In this document: positions 44,890-50,188 of the stretch, piece by piece
How positions within the stretch are numbered: the stretch's first letter is position 1
Layout: the number at the start of each line of letters is the position of its first letter
NCBI GenBank assembly: GCA_017991025.1
Contig: JAGNMT010000001.1
Location: 1-50,188 of the forward strand
DNA from: Verrucomicrobiales bacterium
Lineage (GTDB): Bacteria; Verrucomicrobiota; Verrucomicrobiia; Verrucomicrobiales; DEV007
Direction of reading: 5' to 3'
DNA: 50,188 nucleotides
Made by a program: the position numbers and the translations under genes
Notes under the pieces: generated by a model
Seen by the model: only the letters and a program-made list of their open reading frames with translations
The model's database searches: none
What the model was told of the DNA's origin: nothing

Positions 44890-46881
44890 ATGAAACTGGC
44901 GATACTGAAAATCATTCTTTGGCCGAAGGACCCGAACCTCGATCCACGCATTATCGAATTTTGTCCTGGTCGGATCAACGTAATCACTGGTGAAAGTGCG
45001 ACAGGGAAATCCAGTCTGACGTGGATTATCGACTACTGCCTCGGCAGTGACAAATGCTCGATACCAGTGGGATTGATCCGAGATGTCACGGGTTGGTTCG
45101 GGCTACATCTCCAGCTTGCAAACACCGAAATGATTGTTGCCCGCCGAAACCCGGAGGATCAACAGACCACCTCTGATCTATTCTGGGACGAGGGGCTGGA
45201 ACTCAACGTTCCCCCGATCGTGCGAAAAAACGCACGCGTTGAGGATTTGAAGAATCGATTCAATCAAATCTCCCATCTGCCCGCCCTCGACTTTTCTCCC
45301 GAGGAAGGCAGCGGGTTCGGAGGGCGTCCGAGCTGTCGGGATATGGCAGCATTTAACTTTCAGCCGCAACACATAGTTGCCAATCCATACACGTTCTTTT
45401 TCAAAGCGGACACATCGGAGCACCGCGAGAAGCTGCGAATAATTTTCCCGCTCGTGCTCGGTGCCATTGACGCTGGAACTTTAGCCAAGCAGCGCGAATT
45501 AAGAGACACCGAGCGAGAACATGATCGCCTGCAACGGGAGCTTACCGCCCGCCTCACAGCGGCCCGCGCTTGGGAGGCCGAAGTGGAAGCGTATTACTTG
45601 CAGGCACGAACGCTCGGGCTTTTACCGGATTCTCCAGTTCCCCAGTCAGGGTGGACGTTGGACAGATACATTATGGAACTGCAGAAAGTCCCGGGCTCAG
45701 TTCGGACAATGGACCTTCCCGATATTCAGGAAGGAACGGGGGAGGCTGCGGTTGCAGAGTTGACTCGCCTGATCAACGATGAGGACGAGTTGGGACAGGA
45801 GATCGGCTCAGTCCGGAGGCGATTAGGCAAGATGGATCAGTTGTCATCATCGGTCGATGATTATGGTGCGGCGCTGACTGCTCAGGAGGACCGCCTGCAA
45901 AGTGTCGGATGGTTCCAGAGTAAGCTGCAAACCCCTCACGAATGTCCAGTGTGCTCCGCCGTGCATGTGGATGGGAATCCGAGGCTGGTGGAATTGCAGA
46001 CGCTGGCCACCGAGTTGAAGACTCTTACTGAGAAGGTACATGAAGCGCCCGCAAAGTTGGATCAAGAGGTGGCGACGTTGCGACAGGAGCTTCGAACTCT
46101 TGAAGGCGCCATAAACAAAGCGCGACAAAAGAGAAAGTATTTGGAGAATCAATCAAACGAACATGCGGCTCAACGTCAGCGCGTCCGACAGATTTATCTT
46201 TTTGTTGGTCGTGTTGAACAGGCGTTGGAGAATGTCACGGCGAGCAGCAATGTGGATCAGCTTCGCGAGAAAGTAAAAATACTCGCGAGCAAGATCACAG
46301 AGCTGAAACACGATCTTGATCCTGCTGTTCAAAAAAACCGTCTGAATGCAGCGATTGACTCTGTCTCGGCCACGATTTCGGATTACGCAAGGTTATTGCG
46401 TCTAGAACATGCGAATGAAAATGTGCGACTAAATGTCCGTGAGTTGACGCTTCAGTTTAGTCCGCTGTCCGGCCGCACAGACTTCCTTTGGGAAGTCGGG
46501 AGTGGTCAGAACTGGGTTGGCTATCACATTGCCGGATTGCTTGCGCTGCATGAGCACTTTCTTCGCTCAAATCAGAATCCCGTGCCGAGCTTTCTTGTGA
46601 TCGACCAACCGAGCCAGGTTTATTTCCCGGAGGCCTGGCCAGCGTTAGATCGAACTGCGGAAACAGATTCGATGGTCGACAGGTCCGCTGACATTGAGGG
46701 AGTCCGGAGAATTTTTCGCGCTCTTTCACATTTTAGGGGGAAAGTCTCGGAGCGTTTTCAGATCATTGTCACTGAACATGCCGGTTCAATCACCTGGGAG
46801 GGGATTCCGAATGTACACATCGTGGGGAATTGGCGCGAGGATCACGACGAGTTCTTGATTCCGAAAGCGTGGAGGAAATAA
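44890..46881 (+). CDS. lmuB: Lamassu LmuB, SMC/Rad50-like ABC ATPase (DUF3732-like)
   Basis: Walker A ITGESATGKS, Q-loop FQPQ, coiled coils with CPVC zinc hook, signature GSGQNW, Walker B VIDQPSQ, H-loop TEH. Confidence 0.9.
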   Translation: MKLAILKIILWPKDPNLDPRIIEFCPGRINVITGESATGKSSLTWIIDYCLGSDKCSIPVGLIRDVTGWFGLHLQLANTEMIVARRNPEDQQTTSDLFWDEGLELNVPPIVRKNARVEDLKNRFNQISHLPALDFSPEEGSGFGGRPSCRDMAAFNFQPQHIVANPYTFFFKADTSEHREKLRIIFPLVLGAIDAGTLAKQRELRDTEREHDRLQRELTARLTAARAWEAEVEAYYLQARTLGLLPDSPVPQSGWTLDRYIMELQKVPGSVRTMDLPDIQEGTGEAAVAELTRLINDEDELGQEIGSVRRRLGKMDQLSSSVDDYGAALTAQEDRLQSVGWFQSKLQTPHECPVCSAVHVDGNPRLVELQTLATELKTLTEKVHEAPAKLDQEVATLRQELRTLEGAINKARQKRKYLENQSNEHAAQRQRVRQIYLFVGRVEQALENVTASSNVDQLREKVKILASKITELKHDLDPAVQKNRLNAAIDSVSATISDYARLLRLEHANENVRLNVRELTLQFSPLSGRTDFLWEVGSGQNWVGYHIAGLLALHEHFLRSNQNPVPSFLVIDQPSQVYFPEAWPALDRTAETDSMVDRSADIEGVRRIFRALSHFRGKVSERFQIIVTEHAGSITWEGIPNVHIVGNWREDHDEFLIPKAWRK

Positions 46882-46986
46882 GCGGAGGGAGTTCAGCGGA
46901 GGCCAGGTTCCGATAGGGCATCGGGGCCACGATGTAGAAGGAACCGCAGTTGAATTCGTAACGGCTGAGGCGACGCTCTTCGTGCG

Positions 46987-48078
46987 TCAGAACCCGCCTT
47001 CTGCACCTTTTTCTCCGCAACAAAAGCGAACCTTCATTCCGCTCCCGCAGGGGCACTCGGAGTAAGCCCAAATTGAGTCATGACTGTTGGCGATCATGTG
47101 TCGGATAACCTTTTGTGTCAAATGCATCAGAGGTTTCTTGAACTCCTCGAACTCTTCGAACAAAACATTCAGTCGAACCAAGCTCGCCGCGACAATCTCG
47201 AATACCTTACCCATGGGCTGTGCGCATTCTTTCAAAAATCCCGCCGGAGCACCGGGTCCCAACTCCTTTTCGACCCATCGAAATCCATACCTTTCGTCGG
47301 TAACCGGCGTTGCTGAGCGGCTGAATGCGAGCATCAACCCAACATTTGGATGACAGAATTCACAAAGGATCTCATAAACCGCTCGTGCCCCCTGCACCTT
47401 TTTCTCAAGGAGATCGATGCCATTGAGCACCTGTGGAGCCGAGAGATCAGTTCCCATTTCGTCTGGCCTGTATTCTACGTCTTTACGCGACAGCTTTGCC
47501 GGAAGGTCTTCAAGGGAAATCTTTTCCCAGTGAATCCGCGTCCCTCCGAGGGCAAGGGCAATATCTTCACGGATTGCAATCAGTAAGTTCGATGCTTCGC
47601 TGAAGGGCTCGGGTATTCCCGGAAACACCAACTTCTTTCGTATGGATTCAAAATGCCCCACATGTTCCAGAATCCCCCGAAAACTCGTCATGAGCACGAG
47701 AAGATTCTCAGATCGGATCGAGTAGACTGAGGCATCCAGCAAACTAGCCACTCCCATTCCCTTGACCTCGACGAATTCAGGAAGCATTCGCGAAGCACTC
47801 CCATTCTGGTAAAGAAGAAACGCCTTCTCGGCCTGAGAAAAAGTCACCGTCTTCTTGAGTTCTCCCCCGCTGATGTAGCCGTTGGAAACCAGACTCTTGC
47901 AGAAGTCTTTCATCTGATTGCCGCTTACATTGCGGTGGATGTAGCCGTCGGAAACACGTCTCGAAAGGGTCTCGATTGATTCCGCAATCTGTTTCAAAGC
48001 AGCCACTACCGGCGGGCCCATTCCCGTCAACCATTCAGCATCTGTCAGCAGCGCGCGTATTTTCTCTTCTTCGCTCAT
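46987..48078 (-). CDS. Hypothetical helical protein with C-terminal SEC-C motif
   Basis: CPCGSG.K...CCG at the C-terminus; R..LE and Y..LCEF.HPN motifs; start chosen at MSEEEK (frame open to 48156). Confidence 0.7.
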   Translation of the reverse strand: MSEEEKIRALLTDAEWLTGMGPPVVAALKQIAESIETLSRRVSDGYIHRNVSGNQMKDFCKSLVSNGYISGGELKKTVTFSQAEKAFLLYQNGSASRMLPEFVEVKGMGVASLLDASVYSIRSENLLVLMTSFRGILEHVGHFESIRKKLVFPGIPEPFSEASNLLIAIREDIALALGGTRIHWEKISLEDLPAKLSRKDVEYRPDEMGTDLSAPQVLNGIDLLEKKVQGARAVYEILCEFCHPNVGLMLAFSRSATPVTDERYGFRWVEKELGPGAPAGFLKECAQPMGKVFEIVAASLVRLNVLFEEFEEFKKPLMHLTQKVIRHMIANSHDSIWAYSECPCGSGMKVRFCCGEKGAEGGF

Positions 48079-48149
48079 AGATCTCACGAGTCCATTCACC
48101 AACGTGCGCCTATTATCTTTGAGGTCAATAGATTGGCACCTTGCGCCGA

Positions 48150-48359
48150 ACGCCATATCGTGGCGGCTGATAAGGAGTTCGTCGGACTGGAGGACCTCTT
48201 CGTTGGCCTGCTTGTCCCCCTCGCCAAGATCCCCCTGTCGCCTCAGTGGTGCCGGTGGAGAATCCGGCGCAACTCGTACTCCGCCAAACGTTCCGCCGCC
48301 CCGGCGGACGCATAGACCTCCTCGAGGGGAAATCGCGGTTCCATGAGGCGGTAGGGCAT
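48150..48359 (-). pseudogene. Degraded small mobile-element-type gene (RH..GDWGDL..DK.ANE pattern)
   Basis: MPYRLMEPRFPL...ILHRHH*GD then a frameshift in a G-run to DLGEGDKQANEEVL...LISRHD; internal TGA at 48243-48245. Confidence 0.55.
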
Positions 48360-48469
48360 GGGGTGAAGCATGAACCTGACGAGAGTGAAGATCATGTCGC
48401 CGGAGTGCTTGCCCAGAAAGAGGATACCGTCGATTTCCTTTTTCGGATTTTCGCCCTTAATTTTCCACC

Positions 48470-49174
48470 ATGCCGACACCCCCATCCGATGCTCCCGCCA
48501 ATCCCGGCGATGATCGTCCCGAGGCGCACATTTCCTTCCGTGACGAAAAATGCGGAGATTGCGGCGCTCCGATAATGGAAGGAGATCTCTATGTTTACGA
48601 AGCGGATCGTATCGTCTGCCTGGCCTGCGCCGGGTTGGATCGTCTGATTTTTCTACCCAGCGGCAACACCGCCCTGACACGCCGAGCGACGAAACACTCC
48701 ACGCTTTCCGCCGTGGTCGTGAAATACAGCCGCCGGAGGAAGCGGAACGAGCGTCAGGGTGTCCTCGTCGAGCCGACCGCGCTTGAGACGGCGGAAGCCG
48801 CGTGCCTCAGTGATGAGGATGCCCGCTCGCGAGCCCGGGAGCGAGCCGTCGTGCGTCGGGAAGTGCTGGAGGGCGAGTATGTGAAGCAATTCGAGGCCCG
48901 GCTCCTGAAGATGTATCCCGGTTGTCCGCCGGAAGAGGCCCGGTCCATCGCCGAGCATGCCTGCGAGAAACACAGCGGCCGCGTCGGTCGCAGCGCCGCC
49001 GCAAAAGAACTTGCCGACGATGCCATCTCGCTTGCCGTGCGAGCCCACATCCGCCATCAGCATACTCCCTACGATCAATATCTCTCCGACGGGTTGGATC
49101 GCGAATCTTCCAGGAGACTGGTGCGCAGCCGGATCGACGAAGTGGAAGCGGAATGGTCGGGCGTCAGAGATTGA
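48470..49174 (+). CDS. DUF2293-like protein
   Basis: CxxC...CxxC N-terminus, GNTALTRRA, ERQGVLVE, SGRVGRSAA, LAVRAHIRHQHTPYD. Confidence 0.82.
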   Translation: MPTPPSDAPANPGDDRPEAHISFRDEKCGDCGAPIMEGDLYVYEADRIVCLACAGLDRLIFLPSGNTALTRRATKHSTLSAVVVKYSRRRKRNERQGVLVEPTALETAEAACLSDEDARSRARERAVVRREVLEGEYVKQFEARLLKMYPGCPPEEARSIAEHACEKHSGRVGRSAAAKELADDAISLAVRAHIRHQHTPYDQYLSDGLDRESSRRLVRSRIDEVEAEWSGVRD

Positions 49175-49312
49175 TTGCTGCCGGCACGGAATTCATCTTC
49201 CCCTTCCCCCCATTCGGGAGGCAACAGTCGAAGCGTTCCATGTCGCTTAAAGCCGGCCAACAGCGAGTCCGCCTTTGAACTGGGTGCCGGGAAGAGTTAC
49301 ACTGCTTCCATC

Positions 49313-49396
49313 ATGATACGGGAATTTTTCTTCTGTTTGGCGTTGATCGCGCAGTTGGTGCCCTTGGTTTTGATCATCATGTCCTTCTTCATGTAG
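49313..49396 (+). CDS. Possible 27-aa single-TM peptide
   Basis: MIREFFFCLALIAQLVPLVLIIMSFFM*; TACACT -10-like hexamer shortly upstream. Confidence 0.3.
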   Translation: MIREFFFCLALIAQLVPLVLIIMSFFM

Positions 49397-49751
49397 GAGG
49401 TAGGGAACAGGTGGATGCCGGGATCACTTCCTTTGCAAGGAATCTTCGAGATACCCCTCGACGAAGGGATCGTTGCTGTCAGCGATATGTTCCGCCCGGG
49501 CCACCCATTCCCCGGTCGCGGTCCCGTCGATTCCGTCCTTCACCACCCGTGTCCGACATTCCGCGATGAATTCCCTCGGACAGTTCGTCACCCCCATCTG
49601 TACTCCCTCACAAATCCTCCCTCTGTTCATGGCCAATGCGCGCCCCTTATGGCACTCGCGGCGACCTGGCGCTCCGCGGCGGCGACATCCACCTTTTCGA
49701 TTTCCGCCGACTGGACGTCCTGAGATTCGGGGCCTGCGGCCATGGGATGAA

Positions 49752-50188
49752 TCACGCCAACCGGTTGATGGTCGTGCGAAAACGCGCGAGTGCGATGGTG
49801 TAAAACACCAGGCCGATGGCAAGCAGCAGGACAAACGGCTGCCACACCACTTTGAGGCCCGCGCCGCGATAGAGGATGGCGCGGGATGCTGAGATAAAAT
49901 GGGTCGTAGGTGCAGCCTGCATGATGTTTTGGACGAATTCCGGCATGCTTTCGCGCGGGGTCATGCCTCCGGAGAGCATTTGCAACGGCAGCAGGACCAG
50001 GATGAGCAGCAGGCCGAACTGCGGCATGGTGCGCGCCAGCGTGGCCATGAAGATTCCCATGGAAGTGGTGGCAAACAAATGCAGCACCGCGCCGGTCAGG
50101 AACAGCAGGATGGAACCCTCGATGGGCACATGCAGCAGGCCTTGAACGACGAACAGCAGGGAGAGTGTGGTCGCGACGAGGACGACGA
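49752..50188 (-). CDS. ABC-2 transporter permease (YhhJ-like), 5' part outside window
   Basis: Multi-TM sequence TTSMGIFMATLARTMPQFGLL...LSGGMTPRESMP...PTTHF...ILYRGAG. Confidence 0.88.
   Translation of the reverse strand, partial: VVLVATTLSLLFVVQGLLHVPIEGSILLFLTGAVLHLFATTSMGIFMATLARTMPQFGLLLILVLLPLQMLSGGMTPRESMPEFVQNIMQAAPTTHFISASRAILYRGAGLKVVWQPFVLLLAIGLVFYTIALARFRTTINRLA

Larger units (their letters stand above)
127..49700. mobile_element. tRNA-Thr-anchored integrative defence island (right boundary uncertain)
   Basis: Tyrosine integrase directly downstream of the tRNA, dense defence genes, pseudogenes and mosaic base composition. A housekeeping-like ABC permease resumes at 49752. No attR copy found by eye. 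Confidence 0.75.

Overview
This window is a ~49 kb integrative anti-phage defence island that starts immediately after a tRNA-Thr(TGT) gene and a tyrosine integrase, in a GC-rich bacterium (the integrase style suggests Verrucomicrobia; inference only). Left arm: an EEP-family hydrolase, an EVE/PD-(D/E)xK nuclease and McrBC. Next is a Type I RM locus with two methyltransferases (NPPF and NPPY, the m6A/m4C heterodimer subtype) and a cargo gene in every inter-hsd slot: an unknown PD-(D/E)xK-like protein, HigBA, an HNH protein and a Mrr-like nuclease. Degenerate duplicated hsdM/hsdS/hsdR ends remain at the cargo junctions as ATGA-coupled mini-ORFs. A SIR2 gene coupled to a 988-aa helical protein and a truncated DUF262 gene follow. 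Right arm: Zorya type I (zorABCD), a DUF2779-like nuclease, a HIT-PLD-helicase-S24 fusion, a WYL regulator / nuclease-like / phosphatase-ADP-ribosylhydrolase operon with a divergent vWA gene, Lamassu (lmuA-C-B), a SEC-C protein flanked by gene remnants, a DUF2293 gene and the 3' part of an ABC permease. The best candidates for undescribed biology are the SIR2 + 988-aa pair, the WYL-linked operon, the RM-embedded cargo with its junction scars, and the HIT-PLD-helicase-S24 fusion. All calls come from reading motifs by eye; no searches were run.
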